Below are positions 48,361 through 58,080 of a DNA stretch of 60,528 nucleotides, piece by piece. This DNA is from Pseudomonadota bacterium. GTDB taxonomy: Bacteria > Pseudomonadota > Gammaproteobacteria > Pseudomonadales > Halieaceae. The stretch's first letter is position 1, and each line of letters opens with the position of its first letter. The notes below the pieces were generated by a model, which did not search any database, was not told the origin of the DNA, and was given only the letters and a program-made list of their open reading frames with translations. Location of the stretch: NCBI GenBank assembly GCA_039024595.1, contig JBCCQO010000001.1, positions 1 to 60,528 on the forward strand, in the 5' to 3' direction. A program made the position numbers and the translations under genes.

Positions 48361-49095
48361 ATGACAGTGCGTTTTCAATCAATGCAAATCCCTATCAATC
48401 CCGTCGTCGTCATACCTGCGTTCAATGAAGAGGGAGCGGTAGGGCGGGTAATCGAGAAAGTTCAGGAACAGTGTCCTTACCCCATCATCGTTGTTGATGA
48501 TGCTAGTAGTGACCGCACTCGGAATGAAGCGGAATGCGCTGGAGCAACGGTCCTTCCTCTCGTTGCGAACCTTGGTGCCTGGGGTGCAACGCAAACGGGC
48601 ATACGCTATGCGCTTCGTCATGGCCATGATTTGGCTATCACGCTTGACGCCGACGGACAGCACGATCCAGCGGATATTCAGACCGTTGTCGCACCGGTGC
48701 TCAATGGGTCAGCGCATGTATCCATCGGGGCGTATCCTCAGCGGGGCTCTCGGTCGAGACAGGTAGCGTGGGTTTTACTAAGGTCCGTATCGGGTATACG
48801 CTTGGAAGATCTTACTTCCGGCTTTCGAGCGTACAGCGCTGAAGCCCTGCGAGAGCTGGCGAGTTGGCGAGCTACCTATCTGGAGTTCCAGGACGTGGGC
48901 GTTCTCGCTCTTCTGACCGGTAGAGGGCTCCAAGTGATGGACGTTCCTGTCACGATGGACATTCGCCGTAACGGGCACTCGAGAGTCTTTCAAACGTGGC
49001 TGTCCGTAGCCTACTACATGTGCCATACCGTGCTCCTTGGACTTACGAAGCGACGCATTCGTCGATACCGCAATGACAAAAGTACGGCGGTATAG
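48361..49095 (+). CDS. Glycosyltransferase family 2 (DPM1-like)
   Basis: VIPAFNEE, VVDD.S.D.T, DADGQH, D.TSGFR. Confidence 0.92.
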   Translation: MTVRFQSMQIPINPVVVIPAFNEEGAVGRVIEKVQEQCPYPIIVVDDASSDRTRNEAECAGATVLPLVANLGAWGATQTGIRYALRHGHDLAITLDADGQHDPADIQTVVAPVLNGSAHVSIGAYPQRGSRSRQVAWVLLRSVSGIRLEDLTSGFRAYSAEALRELASWRATYLEFQDVGVLALLTGRGLQVMDVPVTMDIRRNGHSRVFQTWLSVAYYMCHTVLLGLTKRRIRRYRNDKSTAV

Positions 49096-49098
49096 GCG

Positions 49099-49494
49099 GT
49101 GGTTTCAATACTAACGGGCACCATTGGTATTGGCGTTGCTGGACTGATAGTGTGGCTTGTTCGTAAAGACCGCTTGCATGTAAACCATGGATTTGGGTGG
49201 ATCGTAGCAGCGTTCGGCTTCGCACTCCTAGGGTTCGCACCTGGAGCGATAGATTTGATAGCAGCGCGTTTTGGCGTCGCATACCCGCCGGTTCTTGGGT
49301 TAACAGTTGCTATCGTGATTCTCGTGATTAAGACGCTCTTGATGGACATCGAGCGATCGAGGCTTGACGTGCGCAATCAGCGCCTGACCCAGCGTGTCGC
49401 CATGCTAGAGGCGGATTTGAAACGATTGGAGTTTTTCCACAGCTCTAAATCTGACCCATCCGATACGCGTACTAAGGCTGGCTGCGAACCATAA
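49099..49494 (+). CDS. DUF2304 family membrane protein
   Basis: 3 TM segments, G..YPP motif, C-terminal coiled coil; typical partner of DPM1-like GT2. Confidence 0.85.
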   Translation: MVSILTGTIGIGVAGLIVWLVRKDRLHVNHGFGWIVAAFGFALLGFAPGAIDLIAARFGVAYPPVLGLTVAIVILVIKTLLMDIERSRLDVRNQRLTQRVAMLEADLKRLEFFHSSKSDPSDTRTKAGCEP

Positions 49495-49589
49495 CGTTTG
49501 CTGCGCACTACGGTTAGTTAGACGAATGCGCTTTGGCTTATGCGTATGGTGAGCACTGTTTTGGTAGCCGTGTTTCGCGATTGTCGAGT

Positions 49590-50258
49590 TCACGTCCCTT
49601 CGGGATCCGGTAGCTTCTCTCCTAGTGAACCTATGGGTCCTTCAAGATCGAACTGCTCAGTGTTTATCGGGTCTCCAAGCGAAAAACCGATATTTTCTGG
49701 GCCACTTTTTGATTCTGGGTCGACTAGCCAATCGCCGACTTCATCCGGATCACCGAGCGGTATGCCGATGCTTCGCTCACCGCCTGGGTCTGCCGCCAGA
49801 TTTGTCATCGGATCGTCAGGATCACCGAGCAATGGCCCGACGTTCGCACTTTCGCCAGCAGTAGCGGCGAACAACGCGTCCGTGCCAGCGTCGTCCGGAT
49901 CGCGCAAAAGTGGTCCGTGATTGATGCGGTTTGTAGTAATTGGCTCTACCTCAAAATCGTCGACGTCGATCATCTGGCGCGATGACGACGGCAAGCTGCC
50001 ATCTAATTCTCGATTGTCACACTTATGCAGACCATCCAGAGGCACTGCCGCCGCTCTTGAATGCGACGCATCTCGCACATCCGTCGCCTCTGCGCACCGA
50101 TTAGTTGTTCTTGTTGCGGTAGCTACTAAGCCAGGTTCGTCTCGTGTCTCTACCTGTGCCTGGCGACCATCGACGGTGGTCCACAGGACACCGACTACCA
50201 GCACCGTCACAAAAGCTTGGAGCAATAGCGAACGCTGCGTCATATGGTTAGCGACCAT
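49590..50258 (-). CDS. Hypothetical membrane-anchored acidic protein with G..L.DP repeats
   Basis: N-terminal hydrophobic segment; about 5 repeats (NHGPLLRDPDD, NVGPLLGDPDD, SIGIPLGDPDE, NIGFSLGDPIN, SLGEKLPDPEG). Confidence 0.65.
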   Translation of the reverse strand: MVANHMTQRSLLLQAFVTVLVVGVLWTTVDGRQAQVETRDEPGLVATATRTTNRCAEATDVRDASHSRAAAVPLDGLHKCDNRELDGSLPSSSRQMIDVDDFEVEPITTNRINHGPLLRDPDDAGTDALFAATAGESANVGPLLGDPDDPMTNLAADPGGERSIGIPLGDPDEVGDWLVDPESKSGPENIGFSLGDPINTEQFDLEGPIGSLGEKLPDPEGT

Positions 50259-50320
50259 CCAGGATACTGTTGATGGTATCGCTACCTACGTATGGGCGAC
50301 TACCGACCGCAGCGGCATTG

Positions 50321-50695
50321 CTACTCTACGACGAATACGGCTTCCGCGAAGCAGTGTCCGTTGTGCAACTTCTGATCGTTCAGGTTCACCGCGACGTTCC
50401 GGCCAGTTACGAATGCTAGCTGAGCAAGATTGTACTTCGCGGAGGCTTCTGATTTTGAGTTGAACTCGCCGACACATGAAAAACTCACCCAATTACCACA
50501 GGCGGAAAGGGTATCAGTGGGCGTATTGGAAAGTGTTACAGCACAACCACCATAAAACACTTCCCCTCCGACTAAACGGGTATCGTAGTGGACTCGAGTT
50601 ACCGCGCCCGAAACCCAAGCCGTCGTGGCGGAGGCCATGTTCGAAGCTAAGTTCGCTGTGATCACCAGCATGAAGACTGTTACTAGTCTGGGCAT
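50321..50695 (-). CDS. Small exported beta-rich protein with 4 Cys
   Basis: Signal peptide, GAGG RBS; YGGC..., C.NWVSFSC, A.LA...G..V, HC.A. Confidence 0.75.
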   Translation of the reverse strand: MPRLVTVFMLVITANLASNMASATTAWVSGAVTRVHYDTRLVGGEVFYGGCAVTLSNTPTDTLSACGNWVSFSCVGEFNSKSEASAKYNLAQLAFVTGRNVAVNLNDQKLHNGHCFAEAVFVVE

Positions 50696-50783
50696 TAACT
50701 TTTCCTCTCGGGATTTTAAATTTTAATTATCGCAACACGCGTACGATGGTCAACAAGTCGCCGCTCGTCCTGTGACCTGCATT

Positions 50784-51458
50784 CTAAATGCCAATCGCCC
50801 AAGTCGCCCTGTCTACTTTGTGCCCAACACCGTGACGTTCGCAATATGCGTTTACTGCTTTTTGTATTGGGTAGCCTTGGTCGGCACCCCAAGTCCAATC
50901 GTCTCCAGTCAATATAGCGGCAGGAAAGTGCTCAGCACATAGCTCCAGAAGCGCCTCAGACTTGTCTGCATCAAGAAAAATAACGTCCGGCTTGATCGAA
51001 CTGGCGAGTTCCTCACACAATTGCCGAAAATCACCAACCACGGGAAAAAAACGGCCTCTGTATTCGATCAGGTTCCGTAAAGCGCAGTTGAGCGATCCAA
51101 ATTCCTGCAAACTATCGATGAGCCCCTGCACGTCCTCCACATCAGAGAGGACCTTTGCCATCCAGGGCTTATTTTGAGTTCGATACCGTTCGATGATCCG
51201 GTCCCATGAATCTTCGAATAGGTCGACGCCCACAACGGTGCATCTTGGATGCGCGTCTAGCCAACGGATTGTGGAGCCACCCAGAAAAACCCCAATCTCG
51301 AGCACCGTAGGCTTGCTAAATCCCTTGATGATCTGCTCAACAAGCTCTTTGCCGCCACCGTCTAGAGCAACTGGGTGAGAGTACACACGCTCAAGCAGGC
51401 CCTTCTTTGGCCACCAGTAATCAGAATAAACTGTAGGTTTTCCCATACCTGTCCCCAA
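50784..51458 (-). CDS. Class I SAM methyltransferase (Methyltransf_24-like)
   Basis: LEIGVFLGGS, GVD, IFLDADK, GDDW.W, V..AV. Confidence 0.82.
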   Translation of the reverse strand: MGTGMGKPTVYSDYWWPKKGLLERVYSHPVALDGGGKELVEQIIKGFSKPTVLEIGVFLGGSTIRWLDAHPRCTVVGVDLFEDSWDRIIERYRTQNKPWMAKVLSDVEDVQGLIDSLQEFGSLNCALRNLIEYRGRFFPVVGDFRQLCEELASSIKPDVIFLDADKSEALLELCAEHFPAAILTGDDWTWGADQGYPIQKAVNAYCERHGVGHKVDRATWAIGI

Positions 51459-51461
51459 CAG

Positions 51462-52355
51462 TTAGCTGTCGTTTTTGAGCGGGCGAGAAGCTAGCGTAAG
51501 AGCCATATCTGAATCTACCGTACTCGTGTTCACAGCAAGTAAAGCTCCATCGTTGGTATCAATCTTCTTTCCGCAATAGTCGACTTGGGAGTTCCTCGGC
51601 CAGTCGATCAGTATGTCGAACCCAGCAGTCTGAAGGGCACCCCGCACGCTCTCATGTAGGTCTGTTGAAACATGCGTACCTACGAGCACGACGTCGCAAA
51701 GCTCAAGAGGGCAGGAGTCGCCACCTTTTACCAGGAAGTCTTCCTCACCTCCTTGTATATCAACATGCAACAGGCTGATTCGTGCTGTGCCCAGTTCTTG
51801 GTGGATGGATCTGAGTGAATAGCTTGGGACTTTTAGGAGGTTCTGATCCGCATCGTGGACAATTGATGCGCCGTAATTCGCCGTGGGGTCGTCGATTACA
51901 GGAAAGTACACGTCGCCATCCGCGCCTGCTGCGCCGTACTTACATATAGTTTTGCCGATCGAATCGAGGTTGTTGTCAATGACGTTCTGGAGAAGCCACT
52001 CATAGTGATGTTTCTCTGCTTCAAGTGCGTAGCCAGTAATCGAACCTGCCGCCCCGGCGGCACGTCTCGCCTTCATGGCAACCGACATCCAGTGACCGTA
52101 TCCCGCTCCTGCCTCCACAATCGCGAAGTCGCCGGACACCAGCTCGGCTGCCAGCAGGCATGCTACCCAATCGACCATCCATTCGTTGAAAGCCGGTAGA
52201 TTCGGCCGTGTCGTGCGCACCGCGGCTTCGCCGACCCAGCCCTTCTTAAACGAGGCTCTGACCCGACCGCCCAGCATGTCGTAAACGAAACCCGGTTCCG
52301 TCGTTACTACGGCCCTGTCAAACTCATCGAAGATCCGCGGATATGTGCTCTGCAT
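51462..52355 (-). CDS. FkbM-like methyltransferase
   Basis: EAGAGYG.W, ALEA, LLHVDIQG.E, VGTH. Confidence 0.8.
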   Translation of the reverse strand: MQSTYPRIFDEFDRAVVTTEPGFVYDMLGGRVRASFKKGWVGEAAVRTTRPNLPAFNEWMVDWVACLLAAELVSGDFAIVEAGAGYGHWMSVAMKARRAAGAAGSITGYALEAEKHHYEWLLQNVIDNNLDSIGKTICKYGAAGADGDVYFPVIDDPTANYGASIVHDADQNLLKVPSYSLRSIHQELGTARISLLHVDIQGGEEDFLVKGGDSCPLELCDVVLVGTHVSTDLHESVRGALQTAGFDILIDWPRNSQVDYCGKKIDTNDGALLAVNTSTVDSDMALTLASRPLKNDS

Positions 52356-52361
52356 TTTACT

Positions 52362-54536
52362 CTATCCTTCGCTTGTGTCGGCTATGACGAGTTGATTGCA
52401 GATCTCAGGGTACAGTGCCCGAAGGCGACGAGACATCAGTCTTGCCTGCTTTTCTGGAAACTCGCGGAGTAGCTCGACGAGACCTTGATCAACCTCGTCG
52501 TCCCATACAACACAATTTTTCAGTACTTCTTTGAAAACCTGATTTCGTTCAAAAACTAACAGGTCCCGCCGAAAAACAACTGGAATGCAGCCCAAAGCAA
52601 TACACTCCCACAGCCGGAGCGTATTTGGACCGGCACCCACAGGACACAATCCAAATTTGCTCCCGCTGAGCACCTGGTTATAGCGGCGTGCTGTATCAAA
52701 ATCCCCGAGGTTCGACTGCAGACTTGTCTCACCCTGAATCTGACGAGAATAAACGACTTCATTGAAATGCCATTGAGTCGTAACTTCCACCAAGGCGTTC
52801 TCCGGCCACTCTAGATTGGCAATTTTCAGTCGGGTATCGTCCAGGTAGTGATCCATATGAGCACCAATAAATGAGCACAGGTAACCACGCTCTTCGATGT
52901 TCGAATACGAGATGCCACCGCTGCGCTCGGGCGTTTCTATGTTGACTGCGACCAAAGGCCACCCGTGGAGACGCAGGCCCCCTTCATCTTCCTGATCTGC
53001 GGAGGTCGCATGGCTAGCGTGCAAGTCGGTAACGCCAAGCCATTGGAAAACCTTCAGGAGTTTTGCCCAATGGATATGTTGGCACACCGTGTGTACATGC
53101 AGTTCGATTTGTGCGGCATCGCATGCGCGGCGAATATCTGAAAGTCGTTCAAAGATCGTTGCCAGATAGGGTTCCAGCTCATCCCCGAGAATCCCTTTGT
53201 CGATGAAGGTGGCCCAGGGAACACCAACGTATGCTACAAACTCACGAGTTTGTAGCTTAAGTCCAAGGTTGTGTTGGTTCGCCTGATGAATCAACCAGGA
53301 GCGCTCCTCGGTATTGCAGGGGAACTGCCAAGGTATTATCTGCTCTGCTTCGGACCTAATACTGGTCACTATGGGTGAGGAGAGAGCGCCTGACAGGTCA
53401 CAAAGAATGGCGAGAGCAAAGTCGGATGTTTCAGCAGTGTAGGTGGGTTCTTCAGTGGTAAATGTAATGAGATTACTCGAGGGGGGTAGGCAGCGAGCCC
53501 GGACGGCGTATAGCTCGCCATGTTCGTATAGCGAAAGCTGACCAAAACCTGCGACTTTTTTGCCGCTTTTCCAAAATTGAAGAAGCTCTACTCCGCCGGC
53601 TTTTTCAGCTATCGGAATCGCGCGGGGATGGGTGCTGGAGACACTGCCTTCCGGGGAGTCAGTGTCCTGATTCCAACGGCTTAGCGAGAAGTTAACCGTG
53701 CAAGCACCAACTTTAACCCGGTGTGGCACCCAGGTATCTAACTCCAGTGCCGAGTTCTCTCCAAGTGCCGAGGGATGAACGTAGCAAACGGTACCCAGAA
53801 TACGATCATCCCGGGTCTTGTTGTAGGTTCTTACCTGTGACTCGTGTAAGTGGTGCGAGTGCACGTCCCAGCATGGATTGGTAAGGGATAGGCCTGATTT
53901 GAGCAGTTGATAGGCTATCTTGTTATCGCATCTTGGCACTCCCAGAGGAATGTCAAACTCTGCGAGTCTCTTCACCAGCTGCGCAACGGAGGACGCAGAC
54001 ACAGCCCAACTATCTTGCGACCAATGCGGCTTCGGGTGCAGCGTCGATTCACCTGACTCTACCTCATAGCGACTGAGGCAAGCCGCCATGTCACCCTTGC
54101 AAGCTAAATTCAACCGGCCCACAGAGTCATCAAAATAAATGTCAGAGTTAGCAAGCAGGAAAACCGCATCGTCACTGCCATCGCAGTTGGAAAAGCAATA
54201 CTGGATCCAGTCGGCGTAGGTGACGCGACCGTCAAAGTCTACGATGCTGACTTTTTCGTGCTGTAAAAGTGGATATTCGCCTCCCTCGCAGAACAGAGCA
54301 ATCCTATCGATAAGAGGATTGTTTACGTTTTCGTGCCAGCACCTTACGATCTCCCGGTGCCTGTCGGGTTCAGCTATCGGATAAAAGCACGTTGTCAGAG
54401 TTATCAAGTTATGTTCTCCAGGGCTATTGGTGCCGAAGAATACTCGGCGTGCAATACAAGCGCGGTATCCAATAATCCAGCCTTCACTGGTGCTTTCCCA
54501 TAATCCAATCGTTTGCAGTTTCCCTCGCCCGGGCAT
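52362..54536 (-). CDS. Two-domain glycosyltransferase: N-terminal GT-A-like (NSDI, SQD.W, CDN) plus C-terminal exostosin/GT47-like domain
   Basis: SFIGA...R, Y..VL..SKF.LCP.G.GPN..RLWE....GCIPV. Start may be TTG 54407 after GGAG. Confidence 0.82.
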   Translation of the reverse strand: MPGRGKLQTIGLWESTSEGWIIGYRACIARRVFFGTNSPGEHNLITLTTCFYPIAEPDRHREIVRCWHENVNNPLIDRIALFCEGGEYPLLQHEKVSIVDFDGRVTYADWIQYCFSNCDGSDDAVFLLANSDIYFDDSVGRLNLACKGDMAACLSRYEVESGESTLHPKPHWSQDSWAVSASSVAQLVKRLAEFDIPLGVPRCDNKIAYQLLKSGLSLTNPCWDVHSHHLHESQVRTYNKTRDDRILGTVCYVHPSALGENSALELDTWVPHRVKVGACTVNFSLSRWNQDTDSPEGSVSSTHPRAIPIAEKAGGVELLQFWKSGKKVAGFGQLSLYEHGELYAVRARCLPPSSNLITFTTEEPTYTAETSDFALAILCDLSGALSSPIVTSIRSEAEQIIPWQFPCNTEERSWLIHQANQHNLGLKLQTREFVAYVGVPWATFIDKGILGDELEPYLATIFERLSDIRRACDAAQIELHVHTVCQHIHWAKLLKVFQWLGVTDLHASHATSADQEDEGGLRLHGWPLVAVNIETPERSGGISYSNIEERGYLCSFIGAHMDHYLDDTRLKIANLEWPENALVEVTTQWHFNEVVYSRQIQGETSLQSNLGDFDTARRYNQVLSGSKFGLCPVGAGPNTLRLWECIALGCIPVVFRRDLLVFERNQVFKEVLKNCVVWDDEVDQGLVELLREFPEKQARLMSRRLRALYPEICNQLVIADTSEG

Positions 54537-54671
54537 TCATTCGCGAACAGAGTGCAGACAGGGTCTGTGGGGTACTCGAGCACGCCCTAGCTCGCCCCTC
54601 TAAGCTGGCCGAGTTGCTGAACAACGCTGACCACTCGCTCTGGATGAAGAAGCGGAATACTAGGTAGTAGG

Positions 54672-55838
54672 CTAACGCTTGGGCAGAGTCTTGCGGCCCT
54701 CTTTCTCGCCATATTGTATGAAGTGGACCAGAGGATTCATCCCGGCTTCCATAACGTCGGGGTAGCTAAGAAGATAAAACAGAGTGTCGAACTTGGTGCT
54801 GGGATTTCTTCCTTCAATTGCGCCGAACTTTAAGTAGTGCTCTTCCGAACTTACGCCTGAATTTCTGACATCGGGGTACTTCAATAAGTACCAATCTGAG
54901 TCGAAGTGCTTCGACGACTCAAGCAACACGACCTGCTCATTGATCCGGCGCTGTTGATCTCTATCGCTACGTTTCGCTAGTAACCGCGAAGGGTTCTCGG
55001 GGAAAGACAGTAAGACCCGTCTCGCCCAACACATTAGCGGCTGTAACTCCGAAGAAGACGGCACCGTGGCGCCATTTTTCTGATTACTCGGAAGTCTCTT
55101 GTGGAGCGCTGGTGCGACGCGAGATCGCTGCTGCTCAATGTGCGCGAGTTCGAACTCTGCCTGCAACTGGTTGAGTTGAATCTGTAGAAGCTCATTATGT
55201 GCCAGCACGTTACTTAGCTCGCCCTCATCAATCGGGCCTTGAGGCTGTGCTTCGCGATTGGTGTCCTGCACCACTCGGCTGGCCATTCTGGAATGGGAGT
55301 CGATTGCACGCCGCCACACAGGTACTCCAGTATGTGCCTCTCGAACACCATGCATTTCCTGTAGCTCTTCTGCGAGTGCTTTTACGTCATCAAACTCATT
55401 TATCAGAACCTGAGCTGCTAACTCATAGACCGGTTCGATACGTAGCGAATCCGTTGCGGATACCAATCGTGACACCGTATTCCCGTTCATTATTAGCTCC
55501 ATGTCCTTATCGGCGCCGCTATCGAGAACGTAGAGTGCGTTTGCGACCTCCGACCGAGTCGGATGTCGACGAAGAAAGCTGAGGATACTCTCGGTCTCTG
55601 CAAGCCAGTTCAACCGCCATTCGTCCACCGCGTGCCCGTGGGCAAGGTCCAGCGCGAGTGAGACTTCCGGCGCTAGGTAAACGACCAGGAAGTACGAATC
55701 CGGCTCTGATCTCGCACGGTCAAACAAGGTGGTGTCGGGAGGCGGAGCCATGACCAGAGAGGAAACCCCCCTGGGCATTGAATCATTCGTCTGAACTACG
55801 GCGGCAGCGGAGTTTGCAATTGACAGTACGGTTGTCAC
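54672..55838 (-). CDS. Glycan-locus protein with coiled coil and two FDxxWY/YPDV/HY..G..EGR repeats
   Basis: FDSDWYLLKYPDV...HYLKFGAIEGRNPS; FDTLFYLLSYPDV...HFIQYGEKEGR. Confidence 0.75.
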   Translation of the reverse strand: MTTVLSIANSAAAVVQTNDSMPRGVSSLVMAPPPDTTLFDRARSEPDSYFLVVYLAPEVSLALDLAHGHAVDEWRLNWLAETESILSFLRRHPTRSEVANALYVLDSGADKDMELIMNGNTVSRLVSATDSLRIEPVYELAAQVLINEFDDVKALAEELQEMHGVREAHTGVPVWRRAIDSHSRMASRVVQDTNREAQPQGPIDEGELSNVLAHNELLQIQLNQLQAEFELAHIEQQRSRVAPALHKRLPSNQKNGATVPSSSELQPLMCWARRVLLSFPENPSRLLAKRSDRDQQRRINEQVVLLESSKHFDSDWYLLKYPDVRNSGVSSEEHYLKFGAIEGRNPSTKFDTLFYLLSYPDVMEAGMNPLVHFIQYGEKEGRKTLPKR

Positions 55839-56025
55839 GGTAAGCTCAATTGAGTTTCGTTAGTGCGGTAGACCGGCATCACGGCGCCCTCGCTCGCTCT
55901 CACACTCGAGGGCGGCTGAACTTGAGCCTGCGAGGTTTCGCTATGTGCTTTATCCGGCGTTATGGAGATTTCAGCTTCGCACGCTGTAAAGTTCCGCGAC
56001 GATACACCTAATCAGGTGGTGAGAG

Positions 56026-56065
56026 CTAGGGAGCCTCTGAACAAGGCCACGCAGAGACCCCCTGG
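56026..56065. mobile_element. Miniature IS5-like end remnant (CTAG-GGAGCCTCTGAACAA...GCAGAGACCCC-CTGG)
   Basis: YTAR target followed by a GGA...CTGAACAA end resembling IS5-subgroup IRs; imperfect inverted partner at 56051-56061; 16 bp identical to 60388-60403. Confidence 0.45.
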
Positions 56066-56173
56066 AAGGCGGTCAGAGACATCGCCGATCTTTGGGCGCG
56101 CAGATCACAGCGGTTGCGCCTCTTTGAATACGTTACCGTATCCATGACGACAGCTTTGGGTCACGAATCATGC

Positions 56174-57058
56174 TTATGCCATGTTCGTCATCTGAAACCC
56201 TTCGCTTGATTGAGTGAGCGTGAATTGCTGTCGTTCTACCCGCCCATCCCCAACGACAAACAGGTCATGTTTGAGGCCCAGCAGGCTCTCGCGCAGTTCG
56301 CGCCGAATAACGACGGGTCGGCATCGTTCCATCTCATCGCTGTACACGTCTCGAAGCCTTGCAGAGAGCTGGCCCTCACACTGATGCCAAGTCGCCAGCG
56401 GATGACGGGCATAGGCCAGGCCTCGGGCGTGATGAGCTAGATCGACCCAGAGAAAGTAATCACCGGCGGCCCGGTGCGCAATGAATTTTTCGCGACGCAC
56501 GCGGCAATAGAGCCTGTAGCGCAGAAAGGTGCCTTCCTGTTGTAAGAATGGCAAAGTGTCATCGTCTGCCAGGCCTGCCCGAATCAGTGCCAAAGGCGTT
56601 GGTATGTCCTTACGAAGCCGAACGCTATCGAACAGCTTGGCATCTATAGCGCCCGTCACCCAATCAATTTGGCTTCGATAGCTTGAGTTTGAGATGGTCT
56701 CCAAAACCTTAAGAGCGCTCGGATCGAGCGTATCGCCAGCGTTTATCCAAGTGAGCCATTGCTCACGGGGAACATCGAAATATCTGATTGCTCGATCGAT
56801 GGCGTCATACATACCGGTATCAGCTTCAGTACACAGCGAGGAACTGATGGGCAATGAGTGCAGGAACTCTCTGCAAATGCTCACGGTCGCGTCGCTGGAG
56901 CCCCCATCCTGTATATGAAGGTGAATGTTTTCGCGGGAACCTAACGCAGCGACAGACTCAAGTGTTCTTGTGATCTCCGACTCTCCGTTCAAAACGGGGA
57001 TGACAACCAGGACGCGGTTTTGCAATACGCAGCTATGAGGCGAGAGTCCGGTGTCCAT
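56174..57058 (-). CDS. Glycosyltransferase family 2
   Basis: VIPVLN, QDGGSSD.T, D.GMYDAI, WINAGD, QEGTF, AGD..LW. Confidence 0.88.
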   Translation of the reverse strand: MDTGLSPHSCVLQNRVLVVIPVLNGESEITRTLESVAALGSRENIHLHIQDGGSSDATVSICREFLHSLPISSSLCTEADTGMYDAIDRAIRYFDVPREQWLTWINAGDTLDPSALKVLETISNSSYRSQIDWVTGAIDAKLFDSVRLRKDIPTPLALIRAGLADDDTLPFLQQEGTFLRYRLYCRVRREKFIAHRAAGDYFLWVDLAHHARGLAYARHPLATWHQCEGQLSARLRDVYSDEMERCRPVVIRRELRESLLGLKHDLFVVGDGRVERQQFTLTQSSEGFQMTNMA

Positions 57059-57118
57059 TTAAGTTCTTCTGCCAACGTGAAAGGGTATAGTCATCCGTCT
57101 CTGGCTATCGCTTTTGAA

Positions 57119-57664
57119 TCAGGCGATCCCAGCGCTGCGCCCTTCGGCCAGACCGTAGCGCAAAAAGTGCGTTAGGGGATTTAACCCACTCAGAACTACG
57201 TCTGGATATCGCACCAGATAGCCTAACGTGCTGAAGTTCCTTGAGGGGTCCTTGCCTTCGACCGCCCCGTACCTGAGATAGTGCTCCGCGGGCGTGATCC
57301 TCAGCTCGCCCACCTGCGGATAGGAATCGACATACCAACCCGAGTCAAACCATGAACTTCTGTTGAACTCACCTACTGTTCTGGCGATTTCCTTTGCTGA
57401 GATTGTCTCGCTGCGAAGAAACTGAGAGATACCGTCTGAGCGGGACGGTATGTACGCGCTTTCTCGCCAGGCCAGAAAGCGCTGTAGCAGATCGACTGAT
57501 TCATCGTTGCTAAAGAGAAAGTGTCTTTGGGAAATCTCCTCGCGGAGTAGGGATACTTTTCGATAGGCGTGCTCGAGTTCGTTCTGCAGCTGGGATATTC
57601 GAGCGGAGCAGATATCGAGTTCTAGCTCCAACTGATCGGAAGGTGTCTTGTCATCCATTAACAC
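57119..57664 (-). CDS. Short paralog with coiled coil and two FDxxWY repeats
   Basis: QLQNELE; FDSGWYVDSYP.V..HYLRYGAVEGKDPS; YLVRYPDV..GLNPL.HFLRYG..EGR. Confidence 0.75.
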   Translation of the reverse strand: MLMDDKTPSDQLELELDICSARISQLQNELEHAYRKVSLLREEISQRHFLFSNDESVDLLQRFLAWRESAYIPSRSDGISQFLRSETISAKEIARTVGEFNRSSWFDSGWYVDSYPQVGELRITPAEHYLRYGAVEGKDPSRNFSTLGYLVRYPDVVLSGLNPLTHFLRYGLAEGRSAGIA

Positions 57665-58080
57665 TTAGCTCGCGACTGAAAACATGCAGGCCCTGCTGGG
57701 GTGTACCACGCCTAACCCGCAGGCGCCACAGCTGCCTCTGAGGTTGTATTGCATTGACACAATAACGGGCGCTCAAAGAGATAGAACACGCGGAGTCGTT
57801 CTTGGCTTTAGTTCGCTGGATTTCTTCGACTCCTTGCTCAAGCATCGTGACATCGAGGTTAAGCGGAACCTCTGCCTTGAATACTCTCCGAACTCTTTGG
57901 TACTGCTTGTGGATACAGCAAGGTAACAAGTTGACCCTGTCCGAACAGCAGCGGGTAGCAAACGATCGAAGTCAGAAGGTCGCTGTTTCGGAGTTGTAGT
58001 AATAGGGTAACTTCTACATCTGAGTACCTGACCAATAAAATTGCGTCAATCAGAATAGCTGCTGGGCGAGGCGCCTGTTT

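Noticed and set aside
55850-55970. attC-like fragments (GCGGCTGAACTTGAGC; TTATCCGGCGTTATG), also 49488-49523
   Set aside because: No properly paired RYYYAAC/GTTRRRY boxes and no integrase.
57651-58080. Possible gene or frameshifted pseudogene between the FDxxWY protein and the GT2
   Set aside because: Several short ORFs on both strands, none with recognisable motifs; cannot be supported.
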